NCBI GenBank assembly: GCA_964612665.1
Contig: CAZTCI010000005.1
Span: 175,549-239,548 of the forward strand
Origin: an uncultured Planctomycetales bacterium
Lineage (GTDB): Bacteria; Omnitrophota; Gorgyraeia; Zapsychrales; JAHFFX01
DNA: 64,000 nt
Direction of reading: 5' to 3'
How positions within the stretch are numbered: the stretch's first letter is position 1; every line of letters starts with the position of its first letter. A program made the position numbers and the translations under genes. The notes beneath the pieces are model-generated. The model had not been told where the DNA came from and searched no databases. It saw only the letters and a list, made by a program, of their open reading frames with translations. Below are positions 1 through 8,413 of this stretch, piece by piece.

Positions 1-135
1 CAGGCGGCGGCTGTTGCCGAAATCGCCGACGGCGTTATTGTGGGCAGCGCGATTGTTAAAGAAATCGAGCGCCACGCGGGTAAGAAAGATTTAGTTCAAC
101 GGGTTAGTCTTTTCGTAAAGAAGTTGGCCAGTTAA
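1..135 (+). CDS. trpA: tryptophan synthase alpha subunit, C-terminal fragment (start lies upstream of window)
   Basis: Frame 1 reads ...AAAVAEIADGVIVGSAIVKEIERHAGKKDLVQRVSLFVKKLAS*. The ADGVIVGSAIVK block is the conserved TrpA C-terminus. TAA stop at 133-135. Confidence 0.5.
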   Translation, partial: QAAAVAEIADGVIVGSAIVKEIERHAGKKDLVQRVSLFVKKLAS

Positions 136-208
136 CCAGTTTTCCAGTTAAACTGCGTTAGTTCTAAAACTGCCGAAACTGGAGAACTCTTAAAAGGAAA
201 TAAAAAAT

Positions 209-1477
209 ATGTACCAAAAAACAATTCTCCCAAATCATATAGGCGTTGTTTCAAATACCATGAAAGAACGTGACAGCGTTTCCGTCGGGCTGGCGGTTGC
301 GACCGGCGGCCGTTATGAGCAGGACAAAAACAAAGGCGCGGCTCACTTTTTGGAACATATCCTTTTTAAGGGAAGTAAAAGTTATACCTGTGATCAAATC
401 AAGGAACTGATTGAAGGCGTTGGCGGAAGTTTAAACGCCTTTACCTCAGAAGAAATGACCTGTTATTTCGCCAAGATACCTGCTAAACATCTCGACCGGA
501 CGCTGGATATCCTTTCTGACATGGTCTTTTATCCGCTGATTGCTAACAAAGACGTTGAAAAGGAGCGCACGGTCATTTTAGAAGAAATTAAGATGTATCA
601 TGACCTGCCGCAATATTTTGTTCTGGAATTATTGGATGAACTTATCTGGCCAGACCATCCGCTGGGAAAAAATTTGGCCGGAACGGTTGAATCCATAAGC
701 GCGATGACCACTCAAGATTTAAAATCCTTCCACCGGCAAAATTATTTTCCAGCCAATATCGTCGTGGCCGGGTGCGGTCAGCTTCAGCATCAAAAGTTGA
801 TTGATCTCATTAAAAAGAAAGTCAATCAAGACAGCCGCCAAGGGCGTATGGGGTTTCTGAAGGTTGAACATGACCAGGCCAAACCCAAAGCCAGGCTTTT
901 TAAGAAAGAAATCGAGCAAATGCATTTGGCGTTGGGCATGTATGGTGTTTCCAACAATAATCCGGATCGTTATGCCGTTAGTTTGCTTAATATCATTTTG
1001 GGCGGCAATATGTCCAGCCGTTTGTTTGATGAGGTACGCGAAAAACGGGGGCTCGCGTATTCAATTTCTAGTTCACACAAATCATTGAACGATACAGGCA
1101 TGCTTTTGATCCGGGCCGGTGTGGACAACAAAAAGATCGTTCAAGCCACGGAAGTCATTTTAAAAGAACTTAAGAAAATAAAATCCGGCGTCACACAGGA
1201 TGAATTCACCCGCGCCAAAGATTATCTTTTGGGGCAGATTCTTTTAGGCTTGGAAGACACTTTGGAACACATGCTCTGGATCCAGGAGTCCATGATTACC
1301 TGGGACCGGGTGCGCACGCTTGGGGAAATTGTGCAGCAAGTGGAGAAGGTGACCATAGAGGATATCCGACGCGTGGCGCGTGATTTATTTCGGGAGGATC
1401 GTTATAATCTAGCCGTGGTTGGGCCGCTTGAAAAGAAACAGGAGAAAACCTTACAGAAACTTTTAAGTGTATCGTAA
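209..1477 (+). CDS. M16 family zinc peptidase (insulinase-like, inverted HxxEH motif HFLEH)
   Basis: 422-aa ORF. N-terminal GAAHFLEHILFKG matches the M16 inverzincin motif. Second inactive-half M16 fold downstream. Confidence 0.85.
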   Translation: MYQKTILPNHIGVVSNTMKERDSVSVGLAVATGGRYEQDKNKGAAHFLEHILFKGSKSYTCDQIKELIEGVGGSLNAFTSEEMTCYFAKIPAKHLDRTLDILSDMVFYPLIANKDVEKERTVILEEIKMYHDLPQYFVLELLDELIWPDHPLGKNLAGTVESISAMTTQDLKSFHRQNYFPANIVVAGCGQLQHQKLIDLIKKKVNQDSRQGRMGFLKVEHDQAKPKARLFKKEIEQMHLALGMYGVSNNNPDRYAVSLLNIILGGNMSSRLFDEVREKRGLAYSISSSHKSLNDTGMLLIRAGVDNKKIVQATEVILKELKKIKSGVTQDEFTRAKDYLLGQILLGLEDTLEHMLWIQESMITWDRVRTLGEIVQQVEKVTIEDIRRVARDLFREDRYNLAVVGPLEKKQEKTLQKLLSVS

Positions 1478-1513
1478 TCGTTTTTTGATTTGACAAACGA
1501 TTTTCCTTTCGCT
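1476..1513 (+). terminator. rho-independent terminator after the M16 peptidase gene
   Basis: aATCGTTT-12 nt loop-AAACGATt gives an 8-bp stem, followed by TTTTCCTTTC directly after the stop at 1477. Confidence 0.5.
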
Positions 1514-1518
1514 AGACT
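1490..1518 (+). promoter_or_regulatory. sigma70-like promoter candidate (TTGACA-17-TAGACT) embedded in the terminator, upstream of small ORF 1716
   Basis: TTGACA at 1490-1495, 17-nt spacer, TAGACT at 1513-1518. Two further hairpins (GCTCAAA..TTTGAGC at ~1587-1612) lie in the ~190-nt leader. Confidence 0.3.
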
Positions 1519-1715
1519 CTTTTCTGCTTCGCCTTAGAAAATAAATTGATGGTATATCTTCACACATTTTTTAAGAAAATTGCTGCGCTCAAACGAGAAA
1601 ACATTTGAGCGAAGAAGAAAGCCAAAGGAGGTGCCACAAAGATCACCATTCGTTTTTCTACAAACATCTCTAAATCTAAGCCAGTCATTATAAGTTAATC
1701 TTAAGGAGCCAAAAC

Positions 1716-1886
1716 ATGCCAGAACTCGAATTCTATGACGTGAAATCAAAATCAAAATTTAAAACATCCGATTTTACTATTAAAGAAAAAGCTGGCCGTT
1801 ATTTTGCCGTTGCCAAATCAAAATCAGGGACCCACGAGTGCTGGAGAGTCGTCTCGAAGGATGATGCAGCTAAATTCAAGAAGTGA
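1716..1886 (+). CDS. small basic protein (56 aa), hypothetical
   Basis: ATG at 1716 is preceded by AAGGAG (1703-1708) at 7-nt spacing. Translation MPELEFYDVKSKSKFKTSDFTIKEKAGRYFAVAKSKSGTHECWRVVSKDDAAKFKK*. Below the 60-aa cut-off of the ORF track. Confidence 0.5.
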   Translation: MPELEFYDVKSKSKFKTSDFTIKEKAGRYFAVAKSKSGTHECWRVVSKDDAAKFKK

Positions 1887-2084
1887 TTAAGCTCGAATTT
1901 CATTGAGCGTTATTGTCGTAGTTTTGATCTTCGCTTATCAATTGAACAGCCCTTAATACATCACTAGCGAAGGTTTGCTGGAAAGATACAACCTATCATA
2001 AGAAAAACAGCGTTAACATCTAAAAAGCTTTCAAAAATAATCGCAGAATTTGCTTCTGACAAAAAAGCCGAAGACATTGTAATC

Positions 2085-2357
2085 ATGGATATGCATAAGG
2101 CGGCTAATTTCTGCGATTATTTTGTTATCTGCACCGCAACATCCGGCCGGCAGGCCCAGGCGATTGCTGAAGGCGTTGAAGACGGATTAGCCAAAATCGG
2201 CGTTGATCTTCGGCATAAGCAAGGGCTCAAATCTTCTAACTGGATCCTGCTTGATATGGGAGATGTGGTTGTTCACATCTTTGAGAAAGAAGCCCGGGAG
2301 TTTTACGGGCTGGAATATCTCTGGCAAGACGCGCCCCGGCTGGATTGGAAAGATTAA
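2085..2357 (+). CDS. rsfS: ribosomal silencing factor RsfS (iojap family). The first ATG is at 2085 but the conserved N-terminus continues upstream to ~1995.
   Basis: DYFVICTATSGRQAQAIAEGV...GDVVVHIFEKEAREFYGLEYLW is the RsfS signature. The upstream in-frame codons encode ...LTSKKLSKIIAEFASDKKAEDIVIMD, which is the usual RsfS N-terminal helix. Confidence 0.8.
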   Translation: MDMHKAANFCDYFVICTATSGRQAQAIAEGVEDGLAKIGVDLRHKQGLKSSNWILLDMGDVVVHIFEKEAREFYGLEYLWQDAPRLDWKD

Positions 2358-2390
2358 TAAAACTATCGGCTTAATGCCATAGTTGCATTG

Positions 2391-2446
2391 TCAGTGTAGG
2401 GATTGCTTTTATAGAATTTTAAAAGCATCCCTACATTTTTTCATTT
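2391..2446 (+). terminator. rho-independent terminator after rsfS
   Basis: TGTAGGGATTGCTTTT-loop-AAAAGCATCCCTACA is an imperfect ~16-bp stem with one bulge, followed by TTTTTTCATTTTCC. Confidence 0.5.
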
Positions 2447-2524
2447 TCCTTATTTAAAGTTAGGTAAGGAACCGCCCGTTTAAAATCCCTGCGCCGTTTT
2501 TACTCACAAAAGGTTTAATCATTC

Positions 2525-4201
2525 ATGTTAGCTGATCTCAAAGATCAACTCAAAATTCTTACACAACAATCCATCAAAGATCTTTATCCGCAGATCGACG
2601 GAGCTTTAACAATAACTCTAGACATCCCGAGTGATAAAAAGTTCGGGGAATATTCGACTAATGTTGCCATGCGCATGGCGGGAATGCTCAAGAAAAATCC
2701 TCTGGAGCTTGCCGGAGCTTTAAGTGAAGCTTTAAGAAAAGACATTCAAGCGACGTCTTTAAACGATAAAATTTCAAAAATAGAAGCAGTTAAGCCTGGG
2801 TTTATAAATTTTTATTTATCAGCCCAGGCCTCTTTTTTGATTTTGGAGGAAGCGTTAAAGGAAGGTAAAGGATTTGGCCGCTTGAAGGCAGGGCAAGGAC
2901 AAAAAGTTCAGATTGAATTTGTGAGCGCTAACCCGACGGGACCTTTGAGTGTCGCTCACGCGAGGCAGGCGGCGGTTGGTGATGCGTTGGGTAATATTTT
3001 AAAATGTGTCGGATTTGAGGTCACCAAGGAATATTACATTAACGATGAAGGGAATCAGATTAATATTCTCGGGCGTTCAATTGAATTGCGGGCGCGGGAG
3101 ATCCTGGGCGAAGCGATTTCATTTCCAGAAGAAGGGTATCAAGGCGATTATATCCGGGATATGGCGCGGATTTTTATGGAACAAAATCACGTGAGCACAC
3201 TTGAAGATCTCAAACAAAAATCAACCGAGGCGTTTCGGCAATTTGGCGTTGATTATTTATTGAACGTGATCCGTCGGGAATTAACCGACTTTGGCGTCCA
3301 TTTTGATGTATGGTCGAGTCAAGCCAAAATCGCGACGAATGAGGCGATTGAAAATGTTTTAACCTTGTTGCGCCAGCGCGGGTTTATTTATGATCAGGAT
3401 GGCGCGGTGTGGTTTAAATCAACCGCGTTGGGGGATGATAAAGACCGCGTTGTTAAGAAAAGCGATGGAAGTTACACGTATTTAACGCCGGATATTGTTT
3501 ATCATCGCACTAAGTTTGAACGCGGTTTTAATAAAGTCATCAACATTTGGGGGCCGGATCATCATGGATATATTCCTCGCTTAAAAGCGGCGGCCGGGGC
3601 TTTAGGGTATGAACGGGATAATTTGGAAGTTCTAATTGTGCAGCTGGCGACGATCTTTCGCGACGGCCAGCCGCTTTCGATGTCAACCCGCCGAGGACAA
3701 TATATTAGTTTGCAGGAAGTGATGGATGAAGTGGGCGTGGATGCGGCACGGTTTTTCTTTTTGATGCGTCATATCAACGCGCATTTGGAATTTGATTTGG
3801 AATTAGCCAAAAAAGAAACGTCCGAAAATCCTGTATACTATGTTCAATACGCGCACGCGCGGATTTGTAGTATTCTGCGTTTAGCTGAAGAATCTCGATT
3901 AACGCCGCAGCTTAAGAATTTTTCCAGGCTCAAGGAAGAGGAAGAACTTAACTTAATCAAAAAGGTCAGTCATTTTCCTGAAATTTTGCTCGTGTGTTAT
4001 TACCAATTGGACCCGTTTGCTCTTGTCCTTTACCTTCAAGAATTGGCGACGGTCTTTCATAAATTCTACGACCATCACCGGGTGCTGGATGAGGCTGACC
4101 GCCATCTTTCCGCCGAGCGCTTGGGGCTGATTAAAGCCGCGCAAGTTGTTCTCCACAACGGCTTGACCCTCTTAGGTGTCAAGGCGCCTGAAAAAATGTA
4201 G
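2525..4201 (+). CDS. argS: arginine--tRNA ligase
   Basis: 558 aa. Class I HIGH region SANPTGPLSVAHAR. The C-terminal DALR anticodon-binding region ...YVQYAHARICSILR is typical of ArgS. Confidence 0.9.
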   Translation: MLADLKDQLKILTQQSIKDLYPQIDGALTITLDIPSDKKFGEYSTNVAMRMAGMLKKNPLELAGALSEALRKDIQATSLNDKISKIEAVKPGFINFYLSAQASFLILEEALKEGKGFGRLKAGQGQKVQIEFVSANPTGPLSVAHARQAAVGDALGNILKCVGFEVTKEYYINDEGNQINILGRSIELRAREILGEAISFPEEGYQGDYIRDMARIFMEQNHVSTLEDLKQKSTEAFRQFGVDYLLNVIRRELTDFGVHFDVWSSQAKIATNEAIENVLTLLRQRGFIYDQDGAVWFKSTALGDDKDRVVKKSDGSYTYLTPDIVYHRTKFERGFNKVINIWGPDHHGYIPRLKAAAGALGYERDNLEVLIVQLATIFRDGQPLSMSTRRGQYISLQEVMDEVGVDAARFFFLMRHINAHLEFDLELAKKETSENPVYYVQYAHARICSILRLAEESRLTPQLKNFSRLKEEEELNLIKKVSHFPEILLVCYYQLDPFALVLYLQELATVFHKFYDHHRVLDEADRHLSAERLGLIKAAQVVLHNGLTLLGVKAPEKM

Positions 4202-4249
4202 ACCTTCTTCCACCTCGTACGTGGAGAAGCGTGTGCTTCTATAAAGAAT

Positions 4250-5941
4250 ATGCAAAAACGCTGGTCCATTCCAATTCCAAACCCGCAATTGCAAGTTGAT
4301 TTAAGCAATGCCTTAAACATCCATCCCATTACCAGTCAACTGTTAGTTAATCGCGGTATTCAAACCGTTGACGAAGCCCGAAATTTCTTAAATGCAAATC
4401 TCTCCGCCTTACATGATCCCTTTTTATTAAAAGACATGGATCAAGCGGTCGCCAGAATCCGTCGGGCGAAAGAAAAGCAGGAACGCGTTTTAATCTACGG
4501 TGATTATGACGTAGACGGGGTTACTTCGTCGGTACTTTTAAGAAATATTTTTAAGAAATTAGGGATGGATGTTTTACATTACATTCCGCATCGGATGGCT
4601 GAAGGTTATGGGTTGAACCACAGTATTGTGGACTATACGCGTGAGCAAAAAGTGAATCTCCTGATCGCTGTTGACTGCGGTATTAGTGCTTTTAGTGTGG
4701 TATCGGCTTTAAGACAATCCGGAGTTGATGTCATTATTTTTGATCATCATGAGCCAGGAGAAACTTTACCTGAAGCGGTTGCGGTCGTTGATCCGAAAAG
4801 AGCTGATTGTGGTTATCCTTTTAAAGGCCTGGCATCCGTCGGGCTGGTGATGAAACTTTTCCAGGCGATCTTTGGTAAGATTGATGAAGATCTTTTAGAT
4901 TTAGTCGCGATTGGAACCGTTGCTGATGTGGCCGAACTTCGCGGAGAAAACCGTATTTTTGTGAAACATGGATTACCCAGAATTTCTAAAACTAATAATC
5001 ATGGCCTTAAAGCCCTTTTAGAAGTCGCGCGGATCAAAGATAAACCGATGAAGCCGTCGTATGTGGGATTTATTTTGGGGCCACGGATTAACGCGACGGG
5101 CCGGATGGATTCGGCGCTGCGTTCATTGGAGCTTTTAGTGAGTGAAAGCCGCGAAGAAGCTTTAAAGCTGGCTCAAATTCTTGAGGAGAATAATCAAATC
5201 CGCCAGAAAACTCAAAATGAGATTGTTCAAGAGGCCTTAAGTCTGGTTGAGCGCGAAATTAATTTTAACGAACATCAAGTGATCGTCGTGAATAAACCCG
5301 GATGGCATAAAGGTGTTTTAGGAATTGTCGCGTCCCGGATTATGGAAAAATATTACCGGCCGGCCATTGTGATCTCAACTGAAAATGGTGTCGGCACAGG
5401 TTCAGCGCGTTCGATTGAAGGTTTTCACCTTTACGAGGCGTTGACTTATTGTTCGAGCCATCTTGAGAATTACGGCGGCCACCGCCGCGCCGCTGGTTTG
5501 ACGGTTAAGGAAGAAAAAATTCAGCATCTGCGTGAGTTGATTAATGATTTTGCTAAGAAAAGTTTGTCGTTTGAAAGTTTTATTCCAACGCTGACCGTAG
5601 ATGCGCAGGTGCCGTTAAATTTGCTCGATATGAATTTAATGAAAACAATTGAACAGCTTGAACCTCACGGCGAAGGCAATCCAGCGCCCGTATTATGCAC
5701 CCGGCAGGTTACAGTTAAAAGTCCACCGCAGGTTTTGGGGAAAGATACTTTAAAATTTGGGGTGACAGATGGTGAGGTCATTTTATCCGCGGTTGGTTTT
5801 GGGATGGGTAAGATGCGGGATATGATTGCGATGGGACGGAAGATTGATATTGCGTATCAGCTGGAAGTGGATGATTGGAATAAAGAGCCGACGGTGTCGC
5901 TTAAGTTAAAAGATATTAAAGAAGCAGGGGATAGGGTTTAG
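4250..5941 (+). CDS. recJ: single-stranded-DNA-specific exonuclease RecJ
   Basis: 563 aa. DHH motifs (YGDYDVDGVTS, DHH at FDHHEP) and a DHHA1 region GGHRRAAG. Confidence 0.9.
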   Translation: MQKRWSIPIPNPQLQVDLSNALNIHPITSQLLVNRGIQTVDEARNFLNANLSALHDPFLLKDMDQAVARIRRAKEKQERVLIYGDYDVDGVTSSVLLRNIFKKLGMDVLHYIPHRMAEGYGLNHSIVDYTREQKVNLLIAVDCGISAFSVVSALRQSGVDVIIFDHHEPGETLPEAVAVVDPKRADCGYPFKGLASVGLVMKLFQAIFGKIDEDLLDLVAIGTVADVAELRGENRIFVKHGLPRISKTNNHGLKALLEVARIKDKPMKPSYVGFILGPRINATGRMDSALRSLELLVSESREEALKLAQILEENNQIRQKTQNEIVQEALSLVEREINFNEHQVIVVNKPGWHKGVLGIVASRIMEKYYRPAIVISTENGVGTGSARSIEGFHLYEALTYCSSHLENYGGHRRAAGLTVKEEKIQHLRELINDFAKKSLSFESFIPTLTVDAQVPLNLLDMNLMKTIEQLEPHGEGNPAPVLCTRQVTVKSPPQVLGKDTLKFGVTDGEVILSAVGFGMGKMRDMIAMGRKIDIAYQLEVDDWNKEPTVSLKLKDIKEAGDRV

Positions 5942-6111
5942 TTCTTCTTCTCTCTCTAAAACTTTCGTGTTAGAGCTTCGAAGGAACTATTGCTGCGAAG
6001 CCCAAACATGATTCTACTTCGCCTCAATGTTTTTACTTTGAGGCTTTGTAGGAGTCATATTTGGGCGTAACAGAATAGGGTAAAGGGTATAGGATACTCC
6101 TCTTGAGAAAA

Positions 6112-6147
6112 TAAAAAAAGCGTTTGTTTTTAACAAACGCTTTTTTA
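6112..6147. terminator. bidirectional intrinsic terminator between convergent recJ and rpmB
   Basis: AAAAAAAGCGTTTG-TTTTTAA-CAAACGCTTTTTT gives a perfect 9-bp stem with an A-run upstream and a T-run downstream. Confidence 0.6.
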
Positions 6148-6191
6148 AGATTAAAATCTAACCCCTAAACGCTACACCCTATCCCCGGACC

Positions 6192-6416
6192 TTATGCTTT
6201 TTGAATTTTTCCGGCTTGAATGCAGCTGGCGCAAACGAAGGTGCGCTGAACGGTTCCGTTTAAAGTAATTTTGACTCTTTGAAGATTAGGAAGGAAACGG
6301 CGAAGCGTTTTGCCGGTGATTTTGGAACCAGCACCGCCGTGAAGCTTACGGGCACCGCGTCTTTTATATTTATTGCCGGGAATGGAAGATTTACCGCAAA
6401 TGGCACAGGATTTCAT
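6192..6416 (-). CDS. rpmB: 50S ribosomal protein L28
   Basis: Internal ATG (6416..6414) gives 74 aa MKSCAICGKSS...RRFLPNLQRVKI...VCASCIQAGKIQKA, matching L28 (RRxxPNLQ and C-terminal Cys pair). AAGGA sits 8 nt upstream. The longer 108-aa track ORF is an N-terminal over-extension. Confidence 0.85.
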   Translation of the reverse strand: MKSCAICGKSSIPGNKYKRRGARKLHGGAGSKITGKTLRRFLPNLQRVKITLNGTVQRTFVCASCIQAGKIQKA

Positions 6417-6490
6417 GGAGCGTTTTCCTTTTAAAGTTAAATTTGAGACGAGAAGCCTCAAAAAATGAGGCGACTTAAAGATCGGGGTTA

Positions 6491-6518
6491 AGTATACTGA
6501 AAGCTTAATCTTTGTCAA
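6491..6518 (-). promoter_or_regulatory. candidate rpmB promoter (TTGACA-16-TATACT on minus strand), overlapping a divergent plus-strand TTGTCA-18-TAAAAT
   Basis: On the minus strand, TTGACA is at 6518..6513 and TATACT at 6496..6491. A GCCTCA-AAAAA-TGAGGC hairpin sits in the rpmB leader. The plus-strand hexamers would place a TSS 4-6 nt before the ATG at 6552. Confidence 0.3.
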
Positions 6519-6551
6519 GCTAAAATCCTTGGTTTTAAAATAGAACGCCCG

Positions 6552-8336
6552 ATGAACCCTGTCGTTCCATCCACTAAAAAGCCTCCCATTGCCATTTGGC
6601 TTGGCCTAATCGCCTTGTCGGTTTTTTTTGCGTTTGGGTTAACCTTAAAGGCTGGTTTTATTAATTGGGATGATGACACCCATTTGACCGATAATCCAAC
6701 CGTGCAGGTTCACCGCTTGGCCGATATTCAAAAGATTTTCACAAGCACTGTTAATCAAACTTATATCCCTCTAACGATTTTATCTTTTGCGGTTGAACAC
6801 CGTTTCTTTGGTTTTAATCCATTCGTTTTTCACTTCGATAATTTAATTTTGCATCTTAGCGTCGCGCTTCTGGCTTTTTGGCTGGGGCGGATTTTTGGTT
6901 TATTGGACCGGGCGGCGTTTATTGCGGCGATTGTTTTCGGCATTCATCCGATGCATGTTGAGTCCGTCGCTTGGGTGACCGAGCGCAAGGATGTTTTATA
7001 CGCTTTATTTTATATGCTGGCATTGATTGCCTACAGCTGTTATGTCCGGGAAAAAAAGAAAAGTGCCTTGACGCTATGTTTTATTTTTGGCATTTTGAGT
7101 CTTTTAGCTAAACCGATGGCCTTGAGTCTGCCGCTTGTCTTGTTCGTTTTAGATTGGTTTTTAAAAAGGAAGATAGACAAAAAAAGTTTATTAGAAAAAA
7201 TTCCATTAATATTAATATTTATTCCGCTGACATGGATTACTTATTCCATGAACGCCAGGGTTCCGGGGCATCATTTTTTTGAATCCATGTTGACCTGGAT
7301 TTGGACTTTCTCATTTTATTTTAGGAAATTTTTTCTACCACTCGCTTTAAGTCCGCTTTATATTTTTTCCAAACCAGTATCGCTTATGAATCCGGAATAT
7401 TGGATCGCACTTGCTGTGTTTTTAGTGTTTTGGTATTTGCTTATTTCCCGACGGCATGACCGGCTTGTTGTTTTTGCTGGACTTTTTTATCTGGCATCGA
7501 TTTTCTTTTTACTGCGGTTTGATGATACGCAGGACAATCATATGGTGGCGGACCGGTTTATGTATTTGCCGAGTTTGGGATTTTGTTTTTTAATCGGTGC
7601 AAAATTTGATGAAATTCTGGAATATTTTAAAAAAAGAAAATGGCCGCTCGCGTTTCGAACAGTAGGAATAAGTTTCATAATTTTGTTATGTGTTTTAGGG
7701 GGGCAGACGCGTGAGCAGACAAGGCATTGGAAAGACAGCATCACTTTTTGGGATTGGCTTATTAGTAAACGCAGTAATTTTGCGCAGGGTTATAATTACC
7801 GCGGGGTTGCTTATGTCGATCAACATCAATATGACCGAGCGGTTTTAGATTTTAATAGAGCCGTCCAACTTAAACCGGACTACGTGAAGGCGTATTACAA
7901 CCTGGGTCTTTGTTATCAACAGAAAGGTCAATATGATCTCGCTACTCGAGAACTGACCCGCGCGATTCAATTGGATCCAGAATGTCAGCGCTGTTATATT
8001 GAGCGTGCGCTGGTTTATAAAAATAAGGGAGACCGCGGGCATGCGATCGATGATCTTTCTCAAGCGATCCGCCTAACCCCTCAAAACTTAAAATTTTATT
8101 TGGAACGGGCCAGTCTTTTTTATGAATTGAAAAATTATGACGCGGCCTTGCAAGACTACGCATCCATTATTAAGCTGTATCCTGATGAAGGTGGGGCTTA
8201 CTATAATATGGGTGTTGTTTTATCGGCGAAGAATGAGGCCGCGCTGGCCCTGGCCAATTTATTGAAAGCGAAATCGCTGGGGTATCCGGTGAGTGATGAG
8301 TATATTGAGCGGGTGCGGGTTTCGGTTAGGCGGTAG
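6552..8336 (+). CDS. TMTC-like membrane protein: N-terminal multi-pass GT-C-type/DUF1736 domain plus C-terminal TPR repeats (paralog 1)
   Basis: 594 aa. About 9 TM helices, an NWDDD loop motif, the ESVAWVTERKDVLYALFY block (DUF1736-like) and a C-terminal run of ~7 TPR units (YNLGLCYQQKGQYDLA...). Confidence 0.75.
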   Translation: MNPVVPSTKKPPIAIWLGLIALSVFFAFGLTLKAGFINWDDDTHLTDNPTVQVHRLADIQKIFTSTVNQTYIPLTILSFAVEHRFFGFNPFVFHFDNLILHLSVALLAFWLGRIFGLLDRAAFIAAIVFGIHPMHVESVAWVTERKDVLYALFYMLALIAYSCYVREKKKSALTLCFIFGILSLLAKPMALSLPLVLFVLDWFLKRKIDKKSLLEKIPLILIFIPLTWITYSMNARVPGHHFFESMLTWIWTFSFYFRKFFLPLALSPLYIFSKPVSLMNPEYWIALAVFLVFWYLLISRRHDRLVVFAGLFYLASIFFLLRFDDTQDNHMVADRFMYLPSLGFCFLIGAKFDEILEYFKKRKWPLAFRTVGISFIILLCVLGGQTREQTRHWKDSITFWDWLISKRSNFAQGYNYRGVAYVDQHQYDRAVLDFNRAVQLKPDYVKAYYNLGLCYQQKGQYDLATRELTRAIQLDPECQRCYIERALVYKNKGDRGHAIDDLSQAIRLTPQNLKFYLERASLFYELKNYDAALQDYASIIKLYPDEGGAYYNMGVVLSAKNEAALALANLLKAKSLGYPVSDEYIERVRVSVRR

Positions 8337-8357
8337 TTTTAAAGAAGAAAAAACGCT

Positions 8358-8393
8358 GGGCGGCCCCCGCGCCGTACGTGACAGGGGCCGCCC
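8358..8393. terminator. GC-rich hairpin (GGGCGGCCCC / GGGGCCGCCC, 10-bp stem) between the two TMTC-like paralogs
   Basis: Perfect 10-bp stem with a 16-nt loop. Preceded by AAAGAAGAAAAAACG, so the U-tract is on the minus-strand reading. Very GC-rich in an AT-rich genome. Confidence 0.4.
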
Positions 8394-8413
8394 GCCGTGT
8401 CTTTCGGCCAATC

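Noticed and set aside
4208-4236. Hairpin CTTCTTCCAC-CTCGTAC-GTGGAGAAG after argS containing CGTACG
   Set aside because: It is an imperfect, bulged stem without a U-tract. It is probably just a weak structure, and the CGTACG recurrence (3 hairpins) is too few to call a motif.
6192-6518. 108-aa version of the rpmB ORF
   Set aside because: The N-terminal 34 residues have no counterpart in L28. The internal ATG with AAGGA gives the canonical 74-aa protein.
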